A stretch of 50,522 nucleotides of DNA, taken from assembly GCA_025965935.1 (NCBI GenBank), contig JAOPVZ010000106.1, positions 1 to 50,522 on the forward strand. The letters run 5' to 3'. The translations under genes and the position numbers were made by a program. Origin of the DNA: Frankiales bacterium (lineage in GTDB: Bacteria; Actinomycetota; Actinomycetes; Mycobacteriales; SCTD01). Shown one piece after another: positions 1 to 10,465 of this stretch (positions are counted from its first letter, which is position 1; every line of letters starts with the position of its first letter). The notes beneath the pieces are model-generated. The model was not told the DNA's origin. It did not search any database and worked only from the letters and a program-made list of their open reading frames with translations.

Positions 1-90
1 GTGGCAGAACACGTCGGCACCGCCGCCGTCCTGGGCGATGAACCCGAAGCCCTTCTCCGCGTTGAACCACTTCACTGTGCCTTCGGCCAT
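1..90 (-). CDS. cspA: Cold-shock protein (CspA family), 5' part; runs off the window
   Basis: Reverse strand from ATG at 90 reads [30 protein letters not shown] (RNP1 KGFGFI, RNP2 VFCH); GAAGGAAAG RBS upstream. Not in the ORF track because it is truncated. Confidence 0.95.
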   Translation of the reverse strand, partial: MAEGTVKWFNAEKGFGFIAQDGGGADVFCH

Positions 91-208
91 GATCTTTCCT
101 TCTCAAACGGTGTTCGCGGGACCGCGATCTACGGCCCTGCCAGCTGGAGCGACTGACTGCGCGAGTCCGAGAACGAGCGAGCGAGAAACCACAACTGCGA
201 CCACCCTA
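91..208 (-). promoter_or_regulatory. csp promoter (-10 TAGGGT) and ~105-nt 5' UTR
   Basis: ACCCTA at 203-208 reads TAGGGT on the minus strand; long 5' UTRs are typical of csp genes. Confidence 0.45.
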
Positions 209-224
209 CTGGCACGATGCCCGA

Positions 225-650
225 ATGACGACCAAGGAGCTCCGGCGGCTGACCGTGGCAGGTGTCGTGGCCCTGACCGTGCTGGTCGTCTACTGGGCGC
301 TGTGGTACCTGGCTCGAGACGTCGTCCGCAGCGACGACTCGCACGCCTACTACGACTTCGAGAACGCCTTCCCGCTCGCCGACGCCTGGCTCGGGCTCTG
401 CGTGCTGCTCGCCGTACGAGCCGTCCACCGGGGCAGCCCGACGGCCCTGCTCTGGTTGCTGACCGGCGGTGGTGCCGGCGTGTACCTGTTCTGCATGGAT
501 GTGCTCTACGACCTCGAGCACGGCATCTACGCCACCGGAGCCGGCGGCGTCATCGAGCTCGCCATCAACCTGCTGACGCTGGGGCTGTCCGCCTGGTTCC
601 TGCGCTGGGCCTGGTCCCGGCGCGAGGTGCTGCTCAGCTCGCCTGGCTGA
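225..650 (+). CDS. Small integral membrane protein, ~4 TM helices
   Basis: 141-aa ORF with high-GC codon usage and four hydrophobic stretches; 3' end overlaps the convergent tldE-like gene. Confidence 0.8.
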   Translation: MTTKELRRLTVAGVVALTVLVVYWALWYLARDVVRSDDSHAYYDFENAFPLADAWLGLCVLLAVRAVHRGSPTALLWLLTGGGAGVYLFCMDVLYDLEHGIYATGAGGVIELAINLLTLGLSAWFLRWAWSRREVLLSSPG

Positions 651-1992
651 CGCTGCTCATGTTGAAGTCCGGCACCCGGACCGGCGGCATGTGCGTCCAG
701 GTGAAGTAGTCGCTCCACTCGCGCGGCAGCGTCGGCACCGAAGCGCCGACCTCCGCGCAGCGGCCGAGCAGGTCGACCGGCGACTCGTTCCACCGGTAGT
801 TCGTGACCGCGCCGGTCACCTCGCCGTCCTCGATGAGGTAGACGCCGTCCCGGGTGAGCCCGGTGAGCAGCAGCGTCTCGGGGTCGACCGGCCGGATGTA
901 CCAGAGGCAGGTCAGCAGCAGCCCGCGCTTGGTCGAGGCGACCATCTCGTCCGTGGTCGCCCCGCCGGCCCCGCTGACCAGCAGGTTGTCGACGAACGGG
1001 GTCACGGGGGAGCCGGTGCGCGCAGCCGAAGCGCGGGTCTGCGTGAGCGCCTCGAGCCGCCCGTCGCGGATCCAGTCGGTCGCGTGGACGTCGAGGCCGT
1101 TGTCGAAGACGCTGCTCGTGCTCGACGACCCGTGCGCCACGACGAACGGAGCCGCTGGCATCACGGCGGGATCGCTCCGCATCGAGAACCCTTGCGGTGC
1201 CAGGGCCTCACCAACCCGAGTGCCGCCTCCAGGGCGGGAGAACACCGTCCTGCCCTCCGCGGCGTCCCGGCCCGTCGCGGTCCAGTAGGTGTAGACGAGC
1301 AGGTCCGCGAGCGCGCTCGGCGGCAGCACCGTCTCGTACCGGCCCGCGGGCAGGTCCACCCAGCGCTGAGTCCAGGACAGCCGTCGCTGCAGCTCCGCGT
1401 CCAGGGCTGGTACGGCGACATCTGCCCAGTCCCGGGTGTGCTGGCCCACCCACGAGGAACCGCCCGGCCGATCGTTCTTGGCCGTCATCTCGACGTACCC
1501 GCGAGGTTGGACGTGCCGGCGTCGGAGTCCGGTGGAGGACCCCAGCCAGGTGGTGGTGACCTCGTGCGACGCGTAGCCGTAGTGCCGCAGGCCGAGGGAC
1601 GGTGCCTGCTCGAACGACTGGCCGAGGTCGCGTGCCAGCTGGGCGAACACCGCCGTCGTCGTCTGCTCGGCAGGATCGCCGAAGGAGACCTCGGCCGGCC
1701 CGGTGACCAGCGGTGCGTAGTCGGGTGCGGGACCGGCCTCGCGGGCTGCCCGCTCGCTGGCGCGCACCAGGTCCTCGAGGTCGTCGAGGAGCGAGGCGCT
1801 GCGGACGCCGAACGACTCGCCGACCACGCTGATGACGGTGAGGTCGCGCTCGCGGCGGGAGCCGTTGGTGGTGAGCGTGCTGTTGGCCCAGCGCAGGTTG
1901 ACGGTGCTGCTCTCGGTGAGGATGACGACGCAGCCGTCGGCCTGGGAGAGCTTCAACGCTCTTTCGATGACCTCGGCCCCGACCGCGCTCAT
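634..1992 (-). CDS. TldD/PmbA-family protein (TldE-like subunit)
   Basis: Start MSAVGAEVIERAL overlaps the tldD stop (ATGA); C-terminal LTGLTRDGVYLIEDGEV...NYRWNESP matches the family; no HExxxH motif. Confidence 0.88.
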   Translation of the reverse strand: MSAVGAEVIERALKLSQADGCVVILTESSTVNLRWANSTLTTNGSRRERDLTVISVVGESFGVRSASLLDDLEDLVRASERAAREAGPAPDYAPLVTGPAEVSFGDPAEQTTTAVFAQLARDLGQSFEQAPSLGLRHYGYASHEVTTTWLGSSTGLRRRHVQPRGYVEMTAKNDRPGGSSWVGQHTRDWADVAVPALDAELQRRLSWTQRWVDLPAGRYETVLPPSALADLLVYTYWTATGRDAAEGRTVFSRPGGGTRVGEALAPQGFSMRSDPAVMPAAPFVVAHGSSSTSSVFDNGLDVHATDWIRDGRLEALTQTRASAARTGSPVTPFVDNLLVSGAGGATTDEMVASTKRGLLLTCLWYIRPVDPETLLLTGLTRDGVYLIEDGEVTGAVTNYRWNESPVDLLGRCAEVGASVPTLPREWSDYFTWTHMPPVRVPDFNMSSVSQAS

Positions 1993-3497
1993 CGGCCGGC
2001 CTCCCGCTGGGTGTTGAGGATGTTGACGCCGCGGAACAGCGCCGCGGGGCAGCCGTGGGAGACGGCGGCTGTCTGGGACGGCTGAGCCTTCCCGCAGTTG
2101 AAGGCGCCGCCGAGCACGTAGCTGGACGGACCGCCGACCGCCTCCATCGAGCCCCAGAACTCGGTGGTGACGGCCTGGTAGGCGAGGTCCCGGAGCTGCC
2201 CGACGAGCCGGCCCGCCCGGATCTCGTAGAAGCGCTGTCCAGTGAACTGGAAGTTGTAGCGCTGCATGTCGATCGACCAGCTCTTGTCGCCGACGACGTA
2301 GATGCCCTTCTCCACGCCGGCAATGAGCTGCTCGGTGGTGGGTCCGTCCGCGACGGGTTGGAGCGACACGTTGGGCATCCGCTGTACGGGTACCCGGTGC
2401 GGGCCGTCGGCGAAGGCGCAGCCGTTGGACCTCCCGAACCCGTTCTGCTTCGCCATCCGGCGGTCGAGCTGGTAGCCGACCAGGACGCCGTCGCGCACGA
2501 TGTCCCACTCCTGGGCCGCGACGCCCTCGTCGTCGAAGCCGACGGTCGACAGCCCGTGTGGCGTGTGCCGATCGCCGGTGACGTGCATGAGCTCCGTGCC
2601 GTAACGCAGCGAGCCGAGCTGGTCGAGGGTGGCGAACGACGTTCCGGCGTAGGCCGCCTCGTACCCGAGCGCCCGGTCGAGCTCGGTCGCGTGGCCGATG
2701 GACTCGTGGATGGTGAGCCACAGGTTCGAGGGGTCGATGACCAGGTCGTACCGGCCGGGCTCGACGCTGCTCGCCTTGGCCTTCTCGACGAGGTTGGCGG
2801 GCAGCTGCGCGAGCTCGGAGGCCCAGTCGTAGCTGTCGGGGTGACCGGTGGTGAGGTACTCCCAGCCGCGACCCACGGGTGCTGCGAGGGTCCGCATCGT
2901 CTCGAAGCCCCCGCCCGGGTCGAGGCGCGTGCCGGTGACCTGGGGCAGCAGTCGGATGCGCTGCTGGGTGGTCATGGTGCCGGCGGTGTCGGCGTAGAAC
3001 TTGCACTCCATCGCCTGCTGCAGCGTCACATCGACGTGGTCGACCTCGTCGTGCGCGAGCAGCGTCCGGCTCCAGTCGGTGAACAGCGCCACCTTCTCCG
3101 CGGTGGGGACGCTGAACGGGTCGATGTCGTAGTCGGACACCCAGGTCACGTCGTCGTGCACCGGCTCGTCGGCGAGCTCGATGGGTTGCGAGTTCAGCGG
3201 CCGTGCGGTGCGGGCGACGTCCACCGCCTCGCGGGCGAGGCGGCGGGCCTCGTCGGTCGTCACGTCGGCGCTGCTCGCGAACCCCCAGGTGCCGTCGACG
3301 ATCACCCGGACCGCCAGTCCGAGTGTCACGTCGTCGGAGAGGTTCTCGAGTTCGGCGTCGCGCAGTGACACGTTCTGATTGCGGTTCCGCTCGACGCGGA
3401 CGTCGGCGTGCCGGGCGCCGGCGTCCCGCGCGGACTGCAGTGCGGCGTCGGCAAGCGCCCGGAGTGGGAGGGCGAGGAAGGCGGGATCGACGGTCAC
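1989..3497 (-). CDS. tldD: TldD-family metalloprotease
   Basis: IHESIGH zinc motif, GFDDEGV, QRMPN, CGKAQP; paired with a TldE-like gene. Confidence 0.92.
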   Translation of the reverse strand: MTVDPAFLALPLRALADAALQSARDAGARHADVRVERNRNQNVSLRDAELENLSDDVTLGLAVRVIVDGTWGFASSADVTTDEARRLAREAVDVARTARPLNSQPIELADEPVHDDVTWVSDYDIDPFSVPTAEKVALFTDWSRTLLAHDEVDHVDVTLQQAMECKFYADTAGTMTTQQRIRLLPQVTGTRLDPGGGFETMRTLAAPVGRGWEYLTTGHPDSYDWASELAQLPANLVEKAKASSVEPGRYDLVIDPSNLWLTIHESIGHATELDRALGYEAAYAGTSFATLDQLGSLRYGTELMHVTGDRHTPHGLSTVGFDDEGVAAQEWDIVRDGVLVGYQLDRRMAKQNGFGRSNGCAFADGPHRVPVQRMPNVSLQPVADGPTTEQLIAGVEKGIYVVGDKSWSIDMQRYNFQFTGQRFYEIRAGRLVGQLRDLAYQAVTTEFWGSMEAVGGPSSYVLGGAFNCGKAQPSQTAAVSHGCPAALFRGVNILNTQREAGR

Positions 3498-3605
3498 ACA
3501 GTCACCCTAGAGCGCTCGGATCGGCCCGAACGGCCGCCCTTCGCCGGGGCGTCGGCACGGTGATGTCACCTTGGGGTGAGGCCTGATGTGACCATCTTGT
3601 CTAGT

Positions 3606-5834
3606 GTGGGAAATGCCGATACCCCGCCTGTGAACCTGATGGGTTTGGCGGACGGCGTGACGCGCGCTCCGCTCGACCTGGCCGAGACGCTGCAGCTCGT
3701 GGCGGACACGATCGTTGAGTCGCTCGGCTTCGAGGTCGCCGTCATCAACCTCGTCGACGACGACGACACCGCTCTGGTCGTGGCCGCGGTCTCCGGACCG
3801 GACGAGGTCCGGCAGCTGCTGCTCGGCCGTCGTCAGGGCAACGAGGGCTGGTCGAAGCTGATCGCAGCGAGCGAGCCGTGGGGGCGGTTGCGGTTCCTGG
3901 ACCACAACACGGCACCGTCCGACCCGTCGGACATCCTCACCTGGATCCCCGACCTCCCACTGTCCGACGACCCCAACGCCTGGCATCCCGAGGACGCGCT
4001 GTTCGCACCGCTGGAGTCCGCGACCGGCCGGTTGCTCGGGATGCTCTCGGTCGACGTGCCGCGCGACGGGATGCGTCCCGGACCGGAGACGCGGCACGCG
4101 CTGGAGGCGTTCGCCGTCACTGCTGCGCTGGCCCTCGAGCACGCGACGCTCGCGACGGAGAGCCGGCGCGGTGCGCAACGCTTCACGGCTGTCTTCGAGT
4201 CCAGTCCCGTGGCCATCGCGATCCTCTCGGCAGATCGCACCATCGAACGGGTCAACGACGCCTACTGCCGGTTCCTCCAGCGCGACCGCTCGGAGCTCCT
4301 CGGACGCAACCCCATGGACTTCACCCACCCCGACGACCGGAAGCTCACCGAGGCCGCCTCGAACGCGGCCCGCGCCGTACCTGCACCCAGGGAACCGACG
4401 CAGCCGGTCGAGAAGCGGTACGTGCTCCCCGACGGGTCCATCGCGTGGGGCCGGCTGCAGCTGGCGCCGCTCAACCAGGCTGACGACCGGGGGATCCTGG
4501 TGGCTCAGGTCGTCGACGTGACCGATCGCAAGCGCAGCGAGGCCCGACTCGTCCGGCAGGCCCACTTCGACGCGCTCACCTCGCTGCCGAACCGAGGTGA
4601 GTCGATGGCCCGGCTGCGGCGCGCGCTCGCCGACGACGTCGACGCGGGTGCGATGACAGCGGTGTTCTTCTGCGACCTCGACCGACTCAAGCTCGTGAAC
4701 GACGGACACGGCCACGCCGTCGGTGACGCCTACATCCGCGAGGTCAGCAAGCGGATCCGTGCCGGCGTGCGTGACGAGGACTGCGTCGGCCGGCTGAGCG
4801 GGGACGAGTTCGTCGTCGTCCTCAGCGGGCTCCGCAGCCCTACCGAGGCGATCGGGATGGCCGGCCGCATCATCGATGGCGTGCGTCAGCCGCTGCGCCT
4901 CGGCGGTGCGTCGTTCACGCCTTCCATGTCGATCGGCATCGCCTACAGCGCCGGGCCGGGGACCACCGCCGACGAGCTGCTCGCGCAGGCTGATGCGGCC
5001 ATGTACCGCGCGAAGAACGTGGAGCGCGGTGCCTGGCAGGTCTACGACCCGAGCATGAGCGGCTCGGCCGTCGCGCAGCTCGAGCTGCGGCACGACGTGG
5101 AGGCGGCGTTGCGGGAGCAGCAGTTCGTCCTGCACTACCAGCCGATCGTGCGTCTCGGGGACCGCGCGATCAGAGGCCACGAAGCACTGCTCCGCTGGCA
5201 GCACCCGACCCGCGGCCTGCTGATGCCGGGACAGTTCCTCGACGTGGTCCTCGACAGCGAGTACGAGTCTCCGGTCACCGACTGGGTGCTGCAGCAAGCA
5301 ACGTGGGATGCCGCGCACCTGAAGGACCAGACCCGCGTGTCGGTCAACGTCAGCTCGCTGCAGGTCGGCCGGCGTGATCTGCCGCGGGTCGTGGAGGCGG
5401 CGCTGGCCCGTGCCGGCCTCACGCCGGACCGCCTGGTGCTCGAGCTCACCGAGGATCGGCTGCTGTCCCGCACCGACGGCCCAGAGCTGCTCGGGCGGCT
5501 GCGCGCGGTCGGCGTCTCGCTTGCCCTCGACGACTTCGGCACCGGGTACGCCGGGCTGGGCTACCTGCAGCGCTTCCCGGCGCTCGACGTGATCAAGCTC
5601 GACCGGGCGTTCATCGCCGGCCTGGGGCGGGAGCCGGTGAGCGGGCACATCGTGCGCTCCGTCGTCGAGCTGGCCCGCAGGTGCGGGCTGCGCCTCGTCA
5701 CCGAGGGCGTCGAGACCGAGCAACAAGCAGCCGACCTCCGCGAGCTCGGCGTGCAGTTCGCCCAGGGGTACCTGTTCGGCCATCCCGTGCCGGTCGAGGA
5801 GCTCTGTCAACCCGAACGCGGGGTCAGCCGTTAG
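3606..5834 (+). CDS. GAF-PAS-GGDEF-EAL diguanylate cyclase/phosphodiesterase
   Basis: GAF-like N-terminus, PAS (FTHPDDR), DALTSLPNR, RDED-x5-SGDEF, then EALLRW, DDFGTGY, KLDR, EGVE, QGY. Start uncertain (3576, 3606 or slightly later). Confidence 0.92.
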   Translation: MGNADTPPVNLMGLADGVTRAPLDLAETLQLVADTIVESLGFEVAVINLVDDDDTALVVAAVSGPDEVRQLLLGRRQGNEGWSKLIAASEPWGRLRFLDHNTAPSDPSDILTWIPDLPLSDDPNAWHPEDALFAPLESATGRLLGMLSVDVPRDGMRPGPETRHALEAFAVTAALALEHATLATESRRGAQRFTAVFESSPVAIAILSADRTIERVNDAYCRFLQRDRSELLGRNPMDFTHPDDRKLTEAASNAARAVPAPREPTQPVEKRYVLPDGSIAWGRLQLAPLNQADDRGILVAQVVDVTDRKRSEARLVRQAHFDALTSLPNRGESMARLRRALADDVDAGAMTAVFFCDLDRLKLVNDGHGHAVGDAYIREVSKRIRAGVRDEDCVGRLSGDEFVVVLSGLRSPTEAIGMAGRIIDGVRQPLRLGGASFTPSMSIGIAYSAGPGTTADELLAQADAAMYRAKNVERGAWQVYDPSMSGSAVAQLELRHDVEAALREQQFVLHYQPIVRLGDRAIRGHEALLRWQHPTRGLLMPGQFLDVVLDSEYESPVTDWVLQQATWDAAHLKDQTRVSVNVSSLQVGRRDLPRVVEAALARAGLTPDRLVLELTEDRLLSRTDGPELLGRLRAVGVSLALDDFGTGYAGLGYLQRFPALDVIKLDRAFIAGLGREPVSGHIVRSVVELARRCGLRLVTEGVETEQQAADLRELGVQFAQGYLFGHPVPVEELCQPERGVSR

Positions 5835-5947
5835 ACAGGAGTGCGCAACCAGCTCGATGACGGGAGGGCCAGCACCGGGGACACCCATGACGCCGAAGAG
5901 GTCCCGCTCGGTGGCACCCTCCACATCAGCTGGGGACGGGGGGAGAG

Positions 5948-6409
5948 GTGCAGAGCTTCGACGAGGCGTTCGTGACCGTCCACCACGCCGCCTACCGGGT
6001 CGCGTACAAGCTGCTCGGCGACCGGGCTGAGGCGGAGGACATCGCCCAGGAGTCGCTCGCGAGGGCGCTGGTGCGCTGGTACAAGATCGAGCCCTACGCC
6101 GTGCCGTGGGTGTCCCGCGTCGCGGCGAACCTCGCCATCGACAAGGCCCGCAAGGACCGCCGTGCGACGGGGACGACGTCGGAGCGGGGACGGCTCGACC
6201 CCGATGCCGCTGAGCGGATCGACCTGGTGCGGGCGCTGCGCTCGCTGCCGCGCAGGCAGCGGGACGTCGTGCTGCTCAGGTACCTGCTGGACCAGTCCGA
6301 GGAGCACGTCGCGGGGGCCCTCGGGCTGTCCGTCGGCACCGTGAAGACGCATGCGTCTCGCGGGCTCGCCGCGCTGCGGCTCGCTCTGGGTGAGCCGGTG
6401 GAGGCGTGA
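5948..6409 (+). CDS. ECF RNA polymerase sigma factor (SigE-like)
   Basis: Region 2 AEDIAQESL...RW; region 4 LPRRQRDVVLLRY...GTVKTHASRGL. Confidence 0.9.
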   Translation: MQSFDEAFVTVHHAAYRVAYKLLGDRAEAEDIAQESLARALVRWYKIEPYAVPWVSRVAANLAIDKARKDRRATGTTSERGRLDPDAAERIDLVRALRSLPRRQRDVVLLRYLLDQSEEHVAGALGLSVGTVKTHASRGLAALRLALGEPVEA

Positions 6410-7323
6410 TGGGCTCCTTCGACCACCTCGACGACCCGGATGCGCCGGGTCCCGGTCCTGACGTGCGGGCTGCAGTGGGCGAGCGCGCGCGGGTGCTGCT
6501 GCTCCGTCGCCGGTTGCTCGTCGGCGGTACGAGCGCCGCGGCACTGTCGGTGGTGCTGGTCCTCGCCCTGGCCCTCGCCTCGAGCGGCGCGACCGGCGGG
6601 CACAGCTCGCTCGACTACGTGTCCGACCCGCCGGTTGCGACGAGCGACCACGAGGCGACGCCCACCTCGGCACCGTTGGCGACCCCGACGCCGACTGCCT
6701 CGAAAACCCCCGTGGCGACGGCTACCCACGGGGCGACGCCCTCTCCCGACCCCGCGGACGGAGTCGTGGGTTACGGAGGCTGCGAGGTCACCCGCGAAGC
6801 CCCGACGGGCCCGGCGACGCAGGACCTCGTCGCCGGGCTCACGGCCACGGTGGCGATCCCGAGGGCCGTCGCCGCGGGGGAGGTCGTCACAGCGGACCTG
6901 ACCTTGCACAACGACACGGACAAGACGTTCTTCCTGGAGGTCTACGAGCAGAACAGCAACCTCGTCCAGATCCGCGGCGCGGCGCACAGCTGGACAGACG
7001 CGATCGTCTCCGACGACGTGGAGGTCCCTCCCCACGGCGACGTGGTGCGCCACCCGACCGGGGCCGCCGTCACCGACTGCGGGTCGTCCTCGAGCCCGGG
7101 TCCGCCGCTGCCTGCCGGCACCTACGACGCGGGGGTGGCGCTCTCGATCTCGCAGATCGAGTCCACGGACCCGGCAGCCACGCCGACGCCTTCCGGCGCC
7201 GGCGTCCTGGGCCTGCCCAGCTCCACCCCGTCGGCCGGACCGACGCCGGAGCCCACGCCGACGCGCACCAGCGAGTCGCTCCTGGTGCAGAGATCGTTCG
7301 GGTCGACGATCACGGTCACGTGA
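6409..7323 (+). CDS. Single-TM protein with Pro/Thr-rich extracytoplasmic domain, putative anti-sigma partner
   Basis: Coupled to the sigma stop (GTGATG); RRRLL followed by a TM helix, PT-rich linker and beta-rich domain. Confidence 0.65.
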   Translation: MGSFDHLDDPDAPGPGPDVRAAVGERARVLLLRRRLLVGGTSAAALSVVLVLALALASSGATGGHSSLDYVSDPPVATSDHEATPTSAPLATPTPTASKTPVATATHGATPSPDPADGVVGYGGCEVTREAPTGPATQDLVAGLTATVAIPRAVAAGEVVTADLTLHNDTDKTFFLEVYEQNSNLVQIRGAAHSWTDAIVSDDVEVPPHGDVVRHPTGAAVTDCGSSSSPGPPLPAGTYDAGVALSISQIESTDPAATPTPSGAGVLGLPSSTPSAGPTPEPTPTRTSESLLVQRSFGSTITVT

Positions 7324-7327
7324 TGCG

Positions 7328-9007
7328 CTAGAACCAGCGCGCCTCCATGTCGAGGGTCGTGCGGTCGAGGCTGGCAACGAGATCGAGCTGTGGGCCGGTC
7401 TTCGGGAGCTCCCAGGCGAAGAAGTACTGAGCTGCGCGCCGCTTGCCCTCGTAGAAGTCGCCGTCCTTGCCCTCGGCAGCGAGCAGCTGCTCCAGCCACA
7501 TCCAGGCGATGACCGTGTGCCCGACGGCCTCGAGGTACGGCGTTGCGTTGGCGAGCGAGAGGACCACATCGCCTGCGTCCCAGACCTTCTGCGTCACCTC
7601 GACGATCCGTGCCACGACGTCGCGGAGCTGCGTGGCGTAGGGCTCGGGCGCCCGGACGCAGGTCGCCTCGATGGTCTCGGCGAGCTTCGTCAGCCCAGCG
7701 CCGCCGTCCATCGTCGCCTTGCGGCCGAGCAGGTCCAGGGCTTGGATGCCATGGGTGCCCTCGTGGATCGGGTTGAGCCGGTTGTCCCGGTAGAACTGCT
7801 CGACCGGGTACTCACGGGTGTAGCCGTAGCCGCCCAGCACCTGGATCGCGAGGCTGTTGGCCTCCAGGCACCACTGGCTCGGCCAGCTCTTCGCGATCGG
7901 GGTGAGCATGCCCAGAAGCAGCTCCTCTCCCTGGTCGACCAGCTTCCCGCAGTACAGGTTGAGGGCAAGCGCTCCTTCGACGTACGACTTCTGCGCGAGC
8001 AGCATCCGCCGTACGTCGGGGTGCTCGATGATCGGGACCTGCGGGGTGGTGGCGTCCTTGCCGGACCGGCCCTGCGGGCGGCTGCGGGCGTAGTCGAGCG
8101 AGTGCAGGTAGCCGGTGTAACCGAGTGCCGTGGCACCCAGGCCGACCCCGATGCGGGCCTCGTTCATCATGTGGAACATGTACGGCAGGCCACGGTTCTC
8201 CTCGCCGACGAGGTAGCCGACCGCGCCCTCGAACGACAGCACCGTGTTGACGGTGCCGCGGAAGCCCATCTTGTGGTTGATCCCGGTGAGCGTGACGCCG
8301 TTGCGGCTGCCGTCCTCGAGGTACTTCGGGACGACGAGCAGCGAGATCCCTTTGCTGCCAGGCGGTCCGCCCGGGACCTTGGCGAGGACCAGGTGCACGA
8401 TGTTCTCGCTGAGGTCGTGCTCACCCGCGCTGATCCACATCTTGTTGCCGGTCACGCGGTAGCTGCCGTCCTCCTGGCGCTCGGCCTTGGTCGTGATGTC
8501 GGCGAGGCTGCTGCCGGCCTGCGGCTCGGACAGGCACATGGTGCCGAAGTAGCGGCCCTCGACCATGGGAAGCACGAAGCGCTCGATCATCTCCGGCGAG
8601 CCGTGCGCCGCCAGGAGGTTTGCGTTGGCGACGGTCAGCAACGGGTAGGCGGCGGTGCCGACGTTCGCGGCGTGGAACCAGCCCATCAGCGCCTGGCAGA
8701 TCACCGCGGGCAGCTGCATGCCGCCCACGCTGGCGTCCATGCCGGCGCCGATGAACCCGGCGTCGCCATAGGCCTTCAGTGCCTTCCCCACCTCCTCGTG
8801 CAGGACGACCTTGCCGTCGACGAACTGCGGCTCCTCGAGGTCGTTGCGACGGTTGTGCGTCGCGAAGTCCTTCGTGGCGATCTGCTCCGCCAGGTCGAGG
8901 ACCGCGTCGTAGGTCTCCCGGGTGTGCTCGCTCGGCAGGCTCGTGACGTCGAGCCACTCGTAGAGCAGGAAGTCGAGGTCGCGACGCGAGAGCAGCAATG
9001 AGGCCAT
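7328..9007 (-). CDS. Acyl-CoA dehydrogenase
   Basis: TMCLSEPQAGS, GNKMWIS, QVLGGYGY, IHEGT motifs. Confidence 0.95.
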   Translation of the reverse strand: MASLLLSRRDLDFLLYEWLDVTSLPSEHTRETYDAVLDLAEQIATKDFATHNRRNDLEEPQFVDGKVVLHEEVGKALKAYGDAGFIGAGMDASVGGMQLPAVICQALMGWFHAANVGTAAYPLLTVANANLLAAHGSPEMIERFVLPMVEGRYFGTMCLSEPQAGSSLADITTKAERQEDGSYRVTGNKMWISAGEHDLSENIVHLVLAKVPGGPPGSKGISLLVVPKYLEDGSRNGVTLTGINHKMGFRGTVNTVLSFEGAVGYLVGEENRGLPYMFHMMNEARIGVGLGATALGYTGYLHSLDYARSRPQGRSGKDATTPQVPIIEHPDVRRMLLAQKSYVEGALALNLYCGKLVDQGEELLLGMLTPIAKSWPSQWCLEANSLAIQVLGGYGYTREYPVEQFYRDNRLNPIHEGTHGIQALDLLGRKATMDGGAGLTKLAETIEATCVRAPEPYATQLRDVVARIVEVTQKVWDAGDVVLSLANATPYLEAVGHTVIAWMWLEQLLAAEGKDGDFYEGKRRAAQYFFAWELPKTGPQLDLVASLDRTTLDMEARWF

Positions 9008-9118
9008 GACCGCAGGTTACGGACCGACCCGGGCTCGCCCAGTCGCACTCTCCTGATCTCATGCCGTCGGGGGTGCGAGTGCCGGGCCCATGGCGCGTTA
9101 CCCGATCAGGGAAGCGGG

Positions 9119-9829
9119 TCAGAGGCGGGCGACGTAGACGCTGTTGGAGGACGTGCCGCCGGTCAGCGGGTTGGGGAACTCGACGAGGTGGCCGTCGGCG
9201 GTCGTGAAGACCTCGCGAAGGACCCCCAGGAAGGCGTCTTCGGGCGGGTCGTCGGACCAGAGCGCGAACACGCCACCCGGGTTGAGCCGGTGGGCGAGGT
9301 GGCGCAGGCCGTCGGGGGAGTAGAACGCCGAGTGGGACCCGTTCAGCACGTGTGCCGGCGTGTGGTCGATGTCGAGCAGCACCGCGTCGACGCGTGCCGG
9401 GGTGCCGCTGCCGAAGCCGGAACCGCCGGCCACCAGGGCGAAGAAGTCGCCGTGCACGAGGTGGCAGCGGGGGTCGTCGACGATCGCGGGGCTGAGGGGG
9501 AGCAGCTTCTGCTCGTGCCAGTCGATCACGGGGCTGAGCGCCTCGACGACGTGCAACGACCGGACCCGCCGATCGGCCAACGCGGCACCGGCGGTGTAGG
9601 CGAGCCCGAGCCCGCCGACGACGACGTCCAGGTCTTCGTGGTCCAGGGCGGCGAGTCCGAGGGTGGCCAGCGCCTCCTCGGCGACGGTGAACAGGCTCGA
9701 CATCAGGTACTCCTCGCCGAGCCGCACCTCGTAGACGTCGACCCTGAGCGTCGGCTCCACCCGGCGGCGCAGGCTGATCTCGCCGATCGGCGTCTCGCGC
9801 CAGTCGAGCTCCTCGAACCGCTTGCTCAT
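9119..9829 (-). CDS. Spermidine-synthase-like SAM-binding protein
   Basis: VVVGGLGLAYT glycine loop, LLDIDHTP, LNPGGVFALWS. Confidence 0.8.
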   Translation of the reverse strand: MSKRFEELDWRETPIGEISLRRRVEPTLRVDVYEVRLGEEYLMSSLFTVAEEALATLGLAALDHEDLDVVVGGLGLAYTAGAALADRRVRSLHVVEALSPVIDWHEQKLLPLSPAIVDDPRCHLVHGDFFALVAGGSGFGSGTPARVDAVLLDIDHTPAHVLNGSHSAFYSPDGLRHLAHRLNPGGVFALWSDDPPEDAFLGVLREVFTTADGHLVEFPNPLTGGTSSNSVYVARL

Positions 9830-9937
9830 CGGGTGTCCGTTCGGTCAGGTGCGATCTGCTGCCCTGCTCGGCTTCGAGCTGGGCGCGGCTGGGCGCGCTC
9901 GGGGGAGGACGGCCTGCTCATACCAGAGCAGGGAAGG

Positions 9938-10453
9938 TCAGAAGAGCACGGCTCCGACGGTCCGGGCCTCGAGGTCGAGCAGCCAGCGCTTGGCGTGTAG
10001 ACCGCCGCCGTAGCCGACGAGGGTGCCGTCGGCGCCGATGACGCGATGGCAAGGGGTGACGATCGCGTTGGGGTTGGAGCCGTTGGCGAGACCGACGGCA
10101 CGGGACGCCACCCGCGGGTCCTCACCGATGGCGAGCGCGATGTCGCCGTAGGAGCGGGTCGTGCCGTAGGGGATGTCCCGCAGCGCAGCCCAGACCCGCA
10201 GCTGGAAGCTGCTGCCCCGCTCGTCGAGGGGGAGGTCGAAGTCCTGGAGCTCGCCCGCGAAGTAGGCGTGCAGCTGCTCGCGGGCGGCCGGGAGGCACAA
10301 GGCGCCGGCGTCGTAGCGCTCGTCGGTGGTCCGCGGGACGCCCTTGCTCTCCGGCAGGTGGGTCTGCACGAGGCCCCGCTCGGAGGCGACCAGGAGCATC
10401 TCGCCGATCGGGGTGCCGACTGTGCAGCTCCGGAGCCCTGTGTCCACAGCCAC
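9938..10453 (-). CDS. ogt: Methylated-DNA--protein-cysteine methyltransferase
   Basis: FQLRVW, IPYGTTRSYG, RAVG, PCHRV active site, GYGGG...KRWLL. Confidence 0.95.
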   Translation of the reverse strand: MAVDTGLRSCTVGTPIGEMLLVASERGLVQTHLPESKGVPRTTDERYDAGALCLPAAREQLHAYFAGELQDFDLPLDERGSSFQLRVWAALRDIPYGTTRSYGDIALAIGEDPRVASRAVGLANGSNPNAIVTPCHRVIGADGTLVGYGGGLHAKRWLLDLEARTVGAVLF

Positions 10454-10465
10454 CCCTTGACGTCA

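Noticed and set aside
1993-3006. Long N-terminal extensions in the ORF track (tldE-like, moxR, ftsI, murD, ftsW, murG, transglutaminase, HEPN)
   Set aside because: They overlap upstream genes or promoters; coupled or RBS-supported internal starts fit better.
9052-9110. CCTGATC...GATCAGG inverted repeat in an intergenic region
   Set aside because: Only 7-bp arms; too weak to call as a REP element or terminator.
10440-10448. DnaA-box-like GTGTCCACA
   Set aside because: Single imperfect copy inside the ogt coding start.
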